Positions 8,822-18,073 of a DNA stretch of 46,519 nt are shown here, in pieces. Each line of letters starts with the position of its first letter. Position 1 is the first letter of the stretch. Position numbers and translations under genes: made by a program. The stretch is from a virus: UHGV virus genome UHGV-0211968, one strand, 5' to 3'. Under the pieces are notes generated by a model. That model worked only from the letters and a program-made list of their open reading frames with translations. It did not search any database and was not told the DNA's origin.

Positions 8822-8930
8822 CGGCACGGCGTCCCGCCCGGAAGGCTTAAACCTCTTTCATCCCGGAAGGGCGGGGCGCATTTTTTCACTCATCAAAAAA
8901 AATCACAATCCCAAAAAAAGGAAACAAGTC

Positions 8931-9401
8931 ATGCCAAACTGGTGCAGCAACACGATGACGATAGCGGCGAAGGATAGGGAAAGCCTGGAAACAATCCTCG
9001 GACGGATAGGCTCGAAGGAATCCCCGATAGACTTCGAAAAAATAATCCCGCAGGAAATCTTCAGCCCGGAATACCAGTTCACGGGAGACCACATGAACGG
9101 CGAACTTGACGAGAGGAATCCCCGGTTCGACTGGTACAGGTGGCGGATCGACAACTGGGGCACGAAGTGGAACGCCTGCTACGCCTCGGTGTGGCGGGAC
9201 GGCGATTCCTGCGCGAGGTTCGAGTTCGATACCGCATGGAGCCCGGCCACGCCCGTATTCAGGAAGCTTGTCGGGATGTTCCCCGAAGCGTCCATCTACG
9301 GCGAATACGACGAGGAGGGCATGGGCTTCCACGGCGAGTGGGGACGGGACGAGGGCGGAAGCTTCTACGACGACTACTACGAGGGTTCGCCGGAGGAATA
9401 A
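8931..9401 (+). CDS. DUF1281/YubB ferredoxin-like domain protein
   Basis: MPNWCSN start, WYRWRIDNWGTKWN and FDTAWSP motifs. Confidence 0.8.
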   Translation: MPNWCSNTMTIAAKDRESLETILGRIGSKESPIDFEKIIPQEIFSPEYQFTGDHMNGELDERNPRFDWYRWRIDNWGTKWNACYASVWRDGDSCARFEFDTAWSPATPVFRKLVGMFPEASIYGEYDEEGMGFHGEWGRDEGGSFYDDYYEGSPEE

Positions 9402-9577
9402 GACCCGAACTTTCGTGGATTTTGGTATATTTTAGGAACAGGAGAAAAAAAATATGATTTTTCCGCTTTCCGTGTACCATTTGAAGGAAAAATGACTATA
9501 CTAAGGATATGCCGGGTTTAACCCGGTATTGCCGGAGTTTCACGGGTTTTCCCGTGGCTCGGGCAGCCTTGGTTTCT

Positions 9578-9608
9578 GCTCCGCTTTTGCCATAAAAGCG
9601 GAGCTTTT
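9578..9608 (+). terminator. Rho-independent terminator
   Basis: 11-bp perfect stem GCTCCGCTTTT/AAAAGCGGAGC followed by TTTT. Confidence 0.7.
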
Positions 9609-9634
9609 AAGGGAAGCCCGGAGGTGAAAAAAAA

Positions 9635-9874
9635 ATGATAAAAAAAGGAACTATACCTGAAATCATCAAAAAAGCATTCGCCTTTGAAACGAAAAATTGC
9701 AAAGGCGAAATAAAACCACTCGGAATAAGAGACGGCGTTGAGTGGTTCTTTTTCAAATTTTCCGAAATATTGGAAACCGGTTTTCCTGTGGTTTACGGAC
9801 TAAAGGATGGGAAAATAAAGGAGTTGTACGGACTAGAATCCTTGCGTTTGGTCAATTCATTTTTCAAAAATTGA
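9635..9874 (+). CDS. Small AT-rich protein, candidate immunity protein for the MuF toxin
   Basis: GGAGGTG RBS, 79 aa. Convergent with and overlapping the 3' end of the toxin domain. Same low GC. Confidence 0.6.
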   Translation: MIKKGTIPEIIKKAFAFETKNCKGEIKPLGIRDGVEWFFFKFSEILETGFPVVYGLKDGKIKELYGLESLRLVNSFFKN

Positions 9875-11623
9875 CAGATACTTTTTATCAAAAATTTTAT
9901 TATCTATCCGCATAACGCCGCGTCCGGCCATTTTCCATTCCGTTTGAGTTCCATCCGTACTTAACTCTTCAACTGAGTGTTCTACGATACCATTAAAACA
10001 CTGTGGCTCGATATAAACAAGTTTCCCATTATTAAGCCTCTGCAAAATAGTAGCATGTCCGCCGTTTCCTTTCCATGCTATGGTGACAACATAAATACCC
10101 TCTTCTTTGCAGGATTCCTCAAAAAATTCAGTGTATCGTTTTGCCGTCATTTTTTTATACCCCTTTTGTTTTAAAAATTCATTATAGTAAGAGGCTTTCG
10201 GCTTGCTTCCGTCGATATTTTTCCAAATATCAAAAGAATGGCTATGAGAAATCCATTCCGACAAAGAACCCGGGATGTTTCCTTTCGCTTTGATGTTGAA
10301 CCCGCAAAGGCGCAACATATAAGCGGGAGCGCATGTTTGACAGTTAATCCGGTACTCTTCGCCTTTTGAATAATTGGGATTTGCGCTTTGCTTGTCTGCT
10401 TCCTCGACGGACATCGGGTTGCCTTTCGCAATGCCCAGTTTCTTTTCTATTTCGAGCCAGTTTTCCGCCATGGCCGTTTTTTCCTTTTCGCGCAAATCCT
10501 TTGGCATTTCGGTTCTCCACTTTCGGAACTTGCGGATTTTCTCGGAATCCGAAACGGTCCTAGCCGCGTGCCTCGCGTTCGCTTCCCGGAGAATTTCCAG
10601 TTTCCGCTCCGCCTCCCTTTTCGCGTTTTCCGCATTTTTAAGGGCGGTTTCCGTCTCCTCCCGTTCCCGTCTCGCCTTTTCGAGTTCCGCGCCCAGGCGC
10701 GCGCTTTCGGCGGATTCCGGCGACGTTCCTGGTTCCTCCTTCCCGTCCGGCCCTTCCGGGCTTTCCCTGACCTCGTACATGCCGTCGATTTCCGGGTCCC
10801 ACGCCACCATCGAGCAGCGGCACTGGAAGTCCTCGCCGGGGTTGCCATGGAACATCCCTGCCGTCCTCGCGTGCTCGACGGGGTGCAGCGGGTCGTCGGG
10901 GTTCTCCGTGTAATAGACGCCAGGGTTCGATACCGAGCAGATGAGGCCGTTCATCGAGCGGTGCGAGTCCCTTTCCCGCCCGTCGATCGTCGTGAGCCAT
11001 TTATAGTACGAAATCCCGACCTCGCGGAACTGCGAGAGCTTCGCCGCGCTGTTGAGCTTGCCGAGTTCCGTCCTCGCGATGTTCTCCGCCCGCGCCCTGT
11101 ATTTCGACGGCAGCCTTTCCCTGATGGATTTCTCGAGCCGCCCGCGGTTCCAGCCCTCGTTCTTCGCGCTCGACACCAGCAGCGATATGTCCTTCTTCGC
11201 GTCGGCCTCCGCCGACTTGCAGAGCGTCTGGAAGTTCGCCGTCCACGTGTCGAAAATTTCCCGTTCCGCCTCCGGCGGGTAGTAGGGCTTTCCGACCACC
11301 ATTTCCGACCATTCGGCGAAGTCGGTCGATGCCTTGCGTCGCATTTTCTCCGCTACGCCACCCACCCCGGCGGCGAAGCTTTCCGGGAGCGTCTCCGGGA
11401 CCTTCGAAAGCTCCTCCATGTCGTCCCGGACCGGGATGCCGGCGAGGGCCGCCTCCGTGCATTCCGAGAGGAAGCGTTCAAGCTCGCTTTTCGCGATGGA
11501 CGCGAGCTCCCGTTCCAGGGCGTGGGGATAGAACCGGTTCGCGTTGAACACCGGGCGCCGACCGCGCTTCTTCCCTGTCGAGTATTCCACGCTCCGCGCG
11601 AAGCGGACGAAGTCGTTCGCCAT
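9857..11623 (-). CDS. Minor head protein (MuF/SPP1 gp7 family) fused to a C-terminal papain-fold toxin-like domain
   Basis: RAENIARTE, W.TTIDGRERDSH and PGEDFQCRC (MuF). AT-rich C-terminus with NCQTC, GGHA and YIEPQ. Confidence 0.85.
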   Translation of the reverse strand: MANDFVRFARSVEYSTGKKRGRRPVFNANRFYPHALERELASIAKSELERFLSECTEAALAGIPVRDDMEELSKVPETLPESFAAGVGGVAEKMRRKASTDFAEWSEMVVGKPYYPPEAEREIFDTWTANFQTLCKSAEADAKKDISLLVSSAKNEGWNRGRLEKSIRERLPSKYRARAENIARTELGKLNSAAKLSQFREVGISYYKWLTTIDGRERDSHRSMNGLICSVSNPGVYYTENPDDPLHPVEHARTAGMFHGNPGEDFQCRCSMVAWDPEIDGMYEVRESPEGPDGKEEPGTSPESAESARLGAELEKARREREETETALKNAENAKREAERKLEILREANARHAARTVSDSEKIRKFRKWRTEMPKDLREKEKTAMAENWLEIEKKLGIAKGNPMSVEEADKQSANPNYSKGEEYRINCQTCAPAYMLRLCGFNIKAKGNIPGSLSEWISHSHSFDIWKNIDGSKPKASYYNEFLKQKGYKKMTAKRYTEFFEESCKEEGIYVVTIAWKGNGGHATILQRLNNGKLVYIEPQCFNGIVEHSVEELSTDGTQTEWKMAGRGVMRIDNKIFDKKYLSIFEK

Positions 11624-11626
11624 GGC

Positions 11627-12889
11627 CTAGCCCTCCCCGGGTTCGCCGCCATCGACGGAGACCTCCCATCCGTGGCCGTTCACGAAGACGCCCTCGCGTA
11701 TCTCGTCCGGCGAGAGCACGCCCATGTCGTAGTAGGCCTTCAGCGTGTCGGCCTGGAGCTTCTTCGCGTCCAGCGTCTCCTTGAGGGTCATCTCGTCCAC
11801 GGCGCCCCACCCGAACTCGGACAGCTCCCTTCCGAGGTTCCTGCGCGTCAGGTCGGCGAGCAGCCTGCACGTCGGGCGGTAGAGGCAGTCGGAACGCCAC
11901 GCGCCGACCGTCTGAGCCCACGCCTTGAGGTCGCCCTCGTTCGTCTGGGCGAGTCCCGTCGCCCCCTGCCCGAAGAGGATGGAGACCGGGATTCGGGACT
12001 TCGAGCTGACGAGGTTCATCGCCTTCTGCCAGATTTCCGGGAGGCCCGCGAAGCTGTGGTTCAGGATCTCGAAGCCGTCGTCCTTTCCGGCGAACACCGC
12101 CCGCATCGAGTTCATCGTCAGCTTCGCGAGGCTCAGCACCCGGTGGATGTCGTTCACGCCGCAGTCTGGCTTCGAAAGCATCATGTTCAGGCTGCCGAGA
12201 CGCATGAGAAGGACGCCCGTCTCCTGCGCCATATTGAAGATCGCGCCGGAGACGGCGGCGAGTTCCCGGAGCGACTGCTCGACGGGGAGCAGCGCGGAGA
12301 CACCGAAGTACCGTTCCGAAAGGCTGCCGTCGCCGAGCACGTCGGGCAGTTCCGCCCCGTGGAACGCCGCGCAGCGGGATGCGTGCACCTCCGCGTAGGA
12401 TCCGTCGAGCTTCCCAACCCGGAAGAGGCGCGGTTCGTCCCCGTCGAAGTCCTCCCTCCGCAGGTCCACCCGCCCGGCGGAATAGGCGCGGTAGCCAGCG
12501 ACCCTCGCCCCCGGAGACGGCGGCAAGGCTAGCGATTCCGGCGTGTCGCCCTCGTATTCCGTGACGACGACCGCGCCGCCGGTCAGCCGCGTGTCCGCCC
12601 CGGCGCGCTTCAGCGCCCGGCGCAGGCCGGACGACTCGAAGAGCTTCAATGCGGCCCCGTCCGCGTCCCCGGCTATCGAGATGTCGTTCATCAGCGACAC
12701 CCCCGGTATCCCGTCCACGATGAAGGCGGCTATTCCGTCCCGCGCCTTCATCGCCGCCAGCTCCGCGAGGTCCGCGGAAACGTACGCCCGCGCCCTCACC
12801 CCTTCCGTCTTGTCCATCGATGCGAAGCCCAGGCCCGTGGCCATGTTCTCGTACGCGCCGTCACCAATACTTGCCTTCTTCCTTGCCAT
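11627..12889 (-). CDS. Portal protein (DUF1073-like)
   Basis: Between TerL and MuF, 420 aa. SRIPVSILFGQGATGL and TNEGDLKAW motifs. Confidence 0.85.
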   Translation of the reverse strand: MARKKASIGDGAYENMATGLGFASMDKTEGVRARAYVSADLAELAAMKARDGIAAFIVDGIPGVSLMNDISIAGDADGAALKLFESSGLRRALKRAGADTRLTGGAVVVTEYEGDTPESLALPPSPGARVAGYRAYSAGRVDLRREDFDGDEPRLFRVGKLDGSYAEVHASRCAAFHGAELPDVLGDGSLSERYFGVSALLPVEQSLRELAAVSGAIFNMAQETGVLLMRLGSLNMMLSKPDCGVNDIHRVLSLAKLTMNSMRAVFAGKDDGFEILNHSFAGLPEIWQKAMNLVSSKSRIPVSILFGQGATGLAQTNEGDLKAWAQTVGAWRSDCLYRPTCRLLADLTRRNLGRELSEFGWGAVDEMTLKETLDAKKLQADTLKAYYDMGVLSPDEIREGVFVNGHGWEVSVDGGEPGEG

Positions 12890-12922
12890 GTCCGATAGTC
12901 TCCCTTTTTTCGGTTTACAGTT

Positions 12923-14326
12923 TTACAGAAAGTCCAGGACGCTGCCGCCGCCCGCCGTGGCGAGCGTGTCGAGCGCCTGCGTAGTTGCGTCCACCCGGTC
13001 GTCGTGCTCACCGTTCGGGAACGCCAGCAGCTCGTCGATGTATTCCCGAACCCACGGATGCTCCGAGTCCATCGGGGGAAGATAGACGTTCCCGGCCTCG
13101 AAGAGCGGGCTGACCGCATAGGCGCGCGCCGTCTTGCTCCCGCGCGGAGTGTAGGGAACGATGCCGGGGATTTCCGACCCGAGCGCCGAGATGACCGCCG
13201 GGCCGTTGGCCTTGTCCTCGACAACCTTGCCGACAGCCTCCGGCCACTTCGAGCTCATCCGCCGCATCGCCCGGATTTGCGACACGAAGTCCATCTTCGC
13301 CGTGTCGCAGTCGAGCAGGTAGAAGTTCCCTCCAGCCTTCATCCACACCTGACCCGACACGTTGTCCGACTTCGCCGCGTCCTTGAACGTGAAGTCCCAG
13401 CTCTGGATAATCCGGTCGAAGACCCTCGGCAGGACGCCCCAGTGCCTTATCCACTTCGCCTTGAAGACGCCGCCGCCCCTCGGCGTCGGGTGCTGCTGGT
13501 AGAGCGCGCTCCACTCGTATTCCCCGATGTTCGCGCGGATTCGACGGAGCGCCTGGAGGCCGAACCTGTCGGGGTGCAGGGCCTCGCCCTTCTTCCGGTG
13601 CGGCTCGTCCCGCTCGGCTATCGCCGGATAGTTCACCGCCGTCCAGCTGTCGGCGTCCTCCTGCCCCTGCGCGGAAAGGAGGCGCCCCACTAGGTCGTCC
13701 TCGTGCCAGCGCGTCACCGTCACCAGCACGCCCCCGCCCGGCGCGAGGCGCGTGTAGGCCGTCGAGGCGTACCAGTCCCACACCCGTTCCCGGATTGTCG
13801 GCGAGTCCGCGCTCGCACGGTCCTTGAAAGGGTCGTCTATCGACAGGATGTCCGCTCCCATGCCGGTGATTCCGCCGCCGACGCCCGCGCTACGGTAGCT
13901 CCCGGAATGGCCGGGTATCTCGAAGAGGCCGGACGTGCGGACCGCACTCTCCCGTTTCGCGTCCATCAGGCGGGTTCCCGGGAAAATCTCGGCGTAGGCG
14001 TCCGAATCCATTATGCGCTGTACGTCCTTGTTCAGGCGCTTGGCGAAGCTGTCGGAATATGACACGGACATGAACGACAGGTCCGGGTCTAGACCGAGGC
14101 ACCACGCCGGGAAACGGCGGCTCACCAGCTCGCTCTTTCCGTGCCGGGGAGGCATCGTGATGACCATGCGGGGCGAGAGGCCCCGCTTCACGTCGGCATA
14201 GAACCGCATGAGACGCGCGCAGATTTCCCTGTGCACCCACCCGACCCGGTACGACGGGAATCCCGCGACGGTGAACGCCAGCAGGTTCTTCCGCGAAAGG
14301 ATCCTAGCCGCCGGGCTAACCGTCAC
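12923..14326 (-). CDS. terL: Terminase large subunit
   Basis: Walker A MPPRHGKS, Walker B IDDP, TRWHEDDL, nuclease SWD and HDDRVDA. Confidence 0.95.
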   Translation of the reverse strand: MTVSPAARILSRKNLLAFTVAGFPSYRVGWVHREICARLMRFYADVKRGLSPRMVITMPPRHGKSELVSRRFPAWCLGLDPDLSFMSVSYSDSFAKRLNKDVQRIMDSDAYAEIFPGTRLMDAKRESAVRTSGLFEIPGHSGSYRSAGVGGGITGMGADILSIDDPFKDRASADSPTIRERVWDWYASTAYTRLAPGGGVLVTVTRWHEDDLVGRLLSAQGQEDADSWTAVNYPAIAERDEPHRKKGEALHPDRFGLQALRRIRANIGEYEWSALYQQHPTPRGGGVFKAKWIRHWGVLPRVFDRIIQSWDFTFKDAAKSDNVSGQVWMKAGGNFYLLDCDTAKMDFVSQIRAMRRMSSKWPEAVGKVVEDKANGPAVISALGSEIPGIVPYTPRGSKTARAYAVSPLFEAGNVYLPPMDSEHPWVREYIDELLAFPNGEHDDRVDATTQALDTLATAGGGSVLDFL

Positions 14327-14750
14327 CGTAAATCCCCATCCTTTCCGCCTCGGCCTCCATGTCCGAGAGGCTCGGCGTCTCCGGCAGGGCGGGGCCGTCC
14401 GCGTTCCCCTCGAGCATCCGTTCCAGAGTCCTCGTCTTCGCCATGCGCTCCTTCGCGTCCGGTGTGTAGCCCGCTATCTCCATGACGAAGCGGGCCGCCT
14501 TCAGGTCGCCCGTCAGCGCCTTGCCGGAGACGACGGAAAGAATGCCTGCCGCAAGCGTCACGCGGTCGCCAAGCTCGATCCCCACCTTCCGCAGGGCGTT
14601 CGCCATGTTCGGCGACGGCGTGAACCGCGTCTCCAGCAGCTTCCGGGCGATGTCCTGCAGTTCGCCGCGCCTGCGGCGTACCGTGCCGGACTTCCGCCCG
14701 CCGAGACGGCCGAGTTCGGCCATCCCCTTTCCGCTCTCGCCTCCGGGCAT
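14316..14750 (-). CDS. Terminase small subunit (putative)
   Basis: Directly upstream of terL. ELGRLGGRKSG and KALTGDLKAARF motifs. Confidence 0.7.
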   Translation of the reverse strand: MPGGESGKGMAELGRLGGRKSGTVRRRRGELQDIARKLLETRFTPSPNMANALRKVGIELGDRVTLAAGILSVVSGKALTGDLKAARFVMEIAGYTPDAKERMAKTRTLERMLEGNADGPALPETPSLSDMEAEAERMGIYGDG

Positions 14751-14753
14751 CGC

Positions 14754-14939
14754 CTAGTTCTTGTCCTTCTTCCACCATTCGCAGAACTCGTGCCACTCGA
14801 CGCTCCACCGCCCGTGCGGCGCCGCCTGCCGGATGGGCATCCCGCGCTCGCGCTTCCACGCATAGACGCTCTGGAGATGGTAGCCTATCCGCGCGGCAAG
14901 CTCCTTCGGGGAAAGAAACTCTTCCTTATATCCGTTCAT
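14754..14939 (-). CDS. Excisionase-like HTH protein
   Basis: LSPKELAARIGYHLQSVYAW. ATGA-coupled, GAGGT RBS. Confidence 0.7.
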   Translation of the reverse strand: MNGYKEEFLSPKELAARIGYHLQSVYAWKRERGMPIRQAAPHGRWSVEWHEFCEWWKKDKN

Positions 14940-15463
14940 CTGTACCTCACCTCGAAAGTGACCGAGTTCACCATCGCACCCGTGTCTATCAGGGGGACGT
15001 CGCTTCCCTTCCTCGCGACCGTCGCCGGGGACAGCGTTTCGTAGGTCCCCGTCCGGATCGCCTCGACGACCGCGTCCTTCATCCTTATGGCGACCTGCTC
15101 CGCGAAAGCCTCGACGGTCATCTTCCCGGAAAGCACACGCGGCAGGAGCTTCGCCCGTATCTTCGGGAATTTCCTTGCAAATATTTCCCTCGCCACGGAC
15201 ATGAAGGGGCGCGCGGGAATCGCCGGGTATCTCCGGCCCTCCGCGGTCACGCCCGACTCCCGCCCGTAGTTCAGCGTCCGCGCGATGAGCGCCTGCGTCG
15301 CCGGGAGCCGGGACGCAGGGGTCGCCTTGCCAGTCGCCCGGCGGAAAAGCAGGTTCCCCAGTGCGACGCTCGCCGAGCCGTTCCCGTCTATCCAACCGAC
15401 GGAAATCTCCAGCCGTTCGAGCCTGCGGAGGGTTTCCTTCATCCCGGAGAGAGCCGTTTCCAT
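14936..15463 (-). CDS. Virion morphogenesis/neck (tail-completion) protein
   Basis: IPARPFM and LSPATVARKGSDVPLIDTGAMVNSVT motifs. Confidence 0.8.
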   Translation of the reverse strand: METALSGMKETLRRLERLEISVGWIDGNGSASVALGNLLFRRATGKATPASRLPATQALIARTLNYGRESGVTAEGRRYPAIPARPFMSVAREIFARKFPKIRAKLLPRVLSGKMTVEAFAEQVAIRMKDAVVEAIRTGTYETLSPATVARKGSDVPLIDTGAMVNSVTFEVRYR

Positions 15464-15464
15464 C

Positions 15465-15998
15465 CTACCCCCTCGCGTAGATTCCCGACGCGCACCGGGT
15501 CCGCGTGACGGCGGACGGGCTTCTTATCCCGCGGGCCGTCATGCAGGCGTGCTTCCCCTCGATGACCACCTCCACGTCATCCGAATCCGTGACGGACCGG
15601 ACGATTTCGGAAATGTCCTTGCCTATCCTTTCCTGGAGCTGAAGACGCTTGCCGACCATCTGCGCTATCCTCGCGAACTTGGAAAGCCCGAGGACCTTAC
15701 CGTGAGGGACGTACCGGATGGAGACCGTCATGTCGTACATCAGGGCGAGGTGGTGCTCGCAGTGCGAGAAGATCCCGATTCCGTCCACGCGGACCTCCTG
15801 CCCGTCGTCCGGTTGTGAAAAGCACTTGCCGAACATCCGAGCGATTTCGGCATTCGTGTAGTTCTGCCCCTCGAAAAGCTCCGCATAGTATTTCGCCACG
15901 CGGCGCGGCGTCTCCCTCAGACCCTCGCGGTCCGGGTCGTCGTTTAGTGCGACGAGCAGCTTGCGGACGAGCCTCTCGACTTTCGCCGTGTCTATCAT
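15465..15998 (-). CDS. folE: GTP cyclohydrolase I
   Basis: REGLRETPRRVA, SHCEHH, GLSK, LQLQER, HACMTARG. Confidence 0.95.
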   Translation of the reverse strand: MIDTAKVERLVRKLLVALNDDPDREGLRETPRRVAKYYAELFEGQNYTNAEIARMFGKCFSQPDDGQEVRVDGIGIFSHCEHHLALMYDMTVSIRYVPHGKVLGLSKFARIAQMVGKRLQLQERIGKDISEIVRSVTDSDDVEVVIEGKHACMTARGIRSPSAVTRTRCASGIYARG

Positions 15999-16654
15999 AC
16001 GCCCCTCCGCTTCGGGTCCCAGACTATCTTGTGCAGCTGCACCTGGAAACGCGCGAAGTCCCGCAGCGCGGTCCGCACCCGCATTCCCTCTACGATCCGG
16101 TCGTATGGCATCGTCCCGAAGACCGGGGACACATAGACGGTCGGCCTTGGGTCGCCGTGGAGCGACGCCAGTTCCCGGACGACGGATTCCGCCTCGTCGA
16201 GGTCCCTTTCGGAGCCGACGACGAACTTCAGGACGTCCCTTTCCGTAAGCGAGGCGACACGCGACATCCGCATCGCGCCGGACATCCCGCTCGTCGGCGT
16301 CTTCCAGTCCATCGTGTAGAACACGTTCGGCCACCGGCCTGGTATGTCGGCGGCGCCGTTCGTCTCGACGTTGGTCTCCACGCCGTTCCGGTCGAGCGCC
16401 TCCAGCAGTTCCCGGATTTCCCCGTGGATCAGCGGCTCGCCGCCCGTCACCGTGGCGCGGGGGATGCCGTAGGAGAGTGTCCGGCGGACGATCTCTTCCG
16501 CGTGGACTTCCGCAAAGTCGTCCCCCTCGACGGCGTAGAGCGTATCGCAGTAGGAGCAGCGGAGGTTGCAGCCATGCAGGCGAACGAACACGCTTGTCGC
16601 CCCCGTGCGGATTCCCTCGCCCTCGATGCTCATGAAAATCTCGTTAAGTCTCAT
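15995..16654 (-). CDS. queE: 7-carboxy-7-deazaguanine synthase (radical SAM)
   Basis: EIFMSIEGEG, FVRLHGCNLRCSYCDT (CxxxCxxC), TGGEP, ETNG, QLHK. Confidence 0.95.
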   Translation of the reverse strand: MRLNEIFMSIEGEGIRTGATSVFVRLHGCNLRCSYCDTLYAVEGDDFAEVHAEEIVRRTLSYGIPRATVTGGEPLIHGEIRELLEALDRNGVETNVETNGAADIPGRWPNVFYTMDWKTPTSGMSGAMRMSRVASLTERDVLKFVVGSERDLDEAESVVRELASLHGDPRPTVYVSPVFGTMPYDRIVEGMRVRTALRDFARFQVQLHKIVWDPKRRGV

Positions 16655-16668
16655 TCCTTTCCTTTTCC

Positions 16669-16788
16669 TCATTTCGCCAGCGGGCAGCCGTCCCATTCCC
16701 GGGTTGGCTTTCCGCCCCTCTTCGCGGAGGCCGCGCCACGGGCGCAGCCCTTGCGGAGAAACGGGCACCGTCGGCAGTCGTAGATCAC
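16669..16788 (-). CDS. Cys4 microprotein (39 aa)
   Basis: GTG start after AAGGA. MIYDCRRCPFLRKGC...WDGCPLAK fills the queD-queE gap. Paralog of 2020-2169. Confidence 0.6.
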   Translation of the reverse strand: MIYDCRRCPFLRKGCARGAASAKRGGKPTREWDGCPLAK

Positions 16789-16791
16789 CGT

Positions 16792-17127
16792 TCAGTCCTT
16801 CTCCCATGTCGCGATGTTCCCCTCGCTTTCCTGGACGTCCACCCGGAAGCATTTCGGGCCGACCAGCGATCCGATCCAGCGGGCGAGATTCTCCGCCGTA
16901 GGATTGAAGTCCACCTCGTCGTTCAGCAGCCTGTGGTCGAGCCGTCCGGCTACGGCGTCTTTTATCTTCTTGAAGTCCGCCACCATCCCGTTCCGGTCGA
17001 GTTCCGCGCTCCGGCAATGGACCGTGACGATCCAGTTGTGTCCATGCAAATTGGAGCACTTACTCCCGTAATCGAGGTCGAGCCTGTGCGCCCCGGCGAT
17101 TTCCATCCGTTTCGATACAGTGTACAT
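16792..17127 (-). CDS. queD: 6-carboxy-5,6,7,8-tetrahydropterin synthase
   Basis: AH.L, CSNLHGHNW (CxxxHGH), DF, LDH..LN, PTAEN. Confidence 0.95.
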   Translation of the reverse strand: MYTVSKRMEIAGAHRLDLDYGSKCSNLHGHNWIVTVHCRSAELDRNGMVADFKKIKDAVAGRLDHRLLNDEVDFNPTAENLARWIGSLVGPKCFRVDVQESEGNIATWEKD

Positions 17128-17167
17128 TGTTTTTCGTTTCTCCTCTTTTGGTGTTGTTCCGGTGTCT

Positions 17168-18073
17168 TTAAGACTGGTCCCCGGCGGCCTTCTGGTAATG
17201 GTTCCAGAAATAGCGGGCAATCATTGCATAGTTGGACAGGTACTTTATAAAGGAATCGGTCTGCTTGTTTCCGTAGTATGCAGCAATCTCCCGGACTGAC
17301 GCCTCGTACGGTTTCCGGGCGTCGTCCTTGATGTCACGCCTCATTCGACCTCTCGTATTGCCGAATCGGTTGATGGTCAGCCATGTGGTGGAATCCGAAG
17401 ACGAGCAAAAACTGCACTCTTTCAAGAGCTGGATGTCCGTACAGCCGAGCAAGTGTATGTCGATGGACGGTTTTCTCTGCTTGATGTATCTCGCCAAAGA
17501 TACGACATGCGTACGCATTTTTGAATGGCCAAAATAAATGCGCAGTTCCGGCACCGAAATGGCCATGTAGTCGGAAAACTCGACAAGCCTGTCCAGTCCC
17601 TTCCGCCCGTCCTCCATGTGAAACACGTTGATTATCCTGTGCCCGGGAAGCCTTTCCCTCATCGTCTGCCTAAAATCCCAGGCGTCGTTTACGCCTAGCA
17701 CCTTTTGGCAGTCCACCTCGACGCACGTCGCGCGAATGTCCTTCTCCAGGACAAAGTCGCAAAGTGCGTGAAGCCAGCGTTCGAGGAATTTCCTGTCGTA
17801 CTTTCCGCCCTTGCCGGAACCGAACATCAGAGTGAAAAGCCCGGAGTCCTGGATGCAGTGCCGAAGGTCCAGCCTGTTTATTTCCGTCGCCAGGTCCATT
17901 CCGGGCTTCAGCTTGCACGGGTAGCCTTCCTTGATTCCGAACTTCTTCGCGAGAAACGAATAGGCCGTGTACAGTCCGTACCTGGCGCCTCCCAACATGG
18001 CGCACCTTGCGAAGTTCACCTGTTCCATTCCGGCAAAGTGTACCTTTATATTCCGCTGGTTCGGAACAATCAT
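17168..18073 (-). CDS. TGT-fold (DpdA-like) guanine transglycosylase, probably DNA-modifying
   Basis: DSGLFT, VFH, IHLLG and DSTTW motifs typical of the TGT/DpdA TIM barrel. No C-terminal CxCxxC Zn site. Clustered with queD, queE and folE. Confidence 0.75.
   Translation of the reverse strand: MIVPNQRNIKVHFAGMEQVNFARCAMLGGARYGLYTAYSFLAKKFGIKEGYPCKLKPGMDLATEINRLDLRHCIQDSGLFTLMFGSGKGGKYDRKFLERWLHALCDFVLEKDIRATCVEVDCQKVLGVNDAWDFRQTMRERLPGHRIINVFHMEDGRKGLDRLVEFSDYMAISVPELRIYFGHSKMRTHVVSLARYIKQRKPSIDIHLLGCTDIQLLKECSFCSSSDSTTWLTINRFGNTRGRMRRDIKDDARKPYEASVREIAAYYGNKQTDSFIKYLSNYAMIARYFWNHYQKAAGDQS

Noticed and set aside
10388..12532. 714-aa + strand ORF
   Set aside because: Antisense shadow of the portal and MuF genes, with no motifs.
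11627..12889. Anti-CBASS Acb1 label sometimes attached to DUF1073 proteins
   Set aside because: No HxT phosphoesterase domain is seen. Size and position between TerL and MuF indicate a portal.
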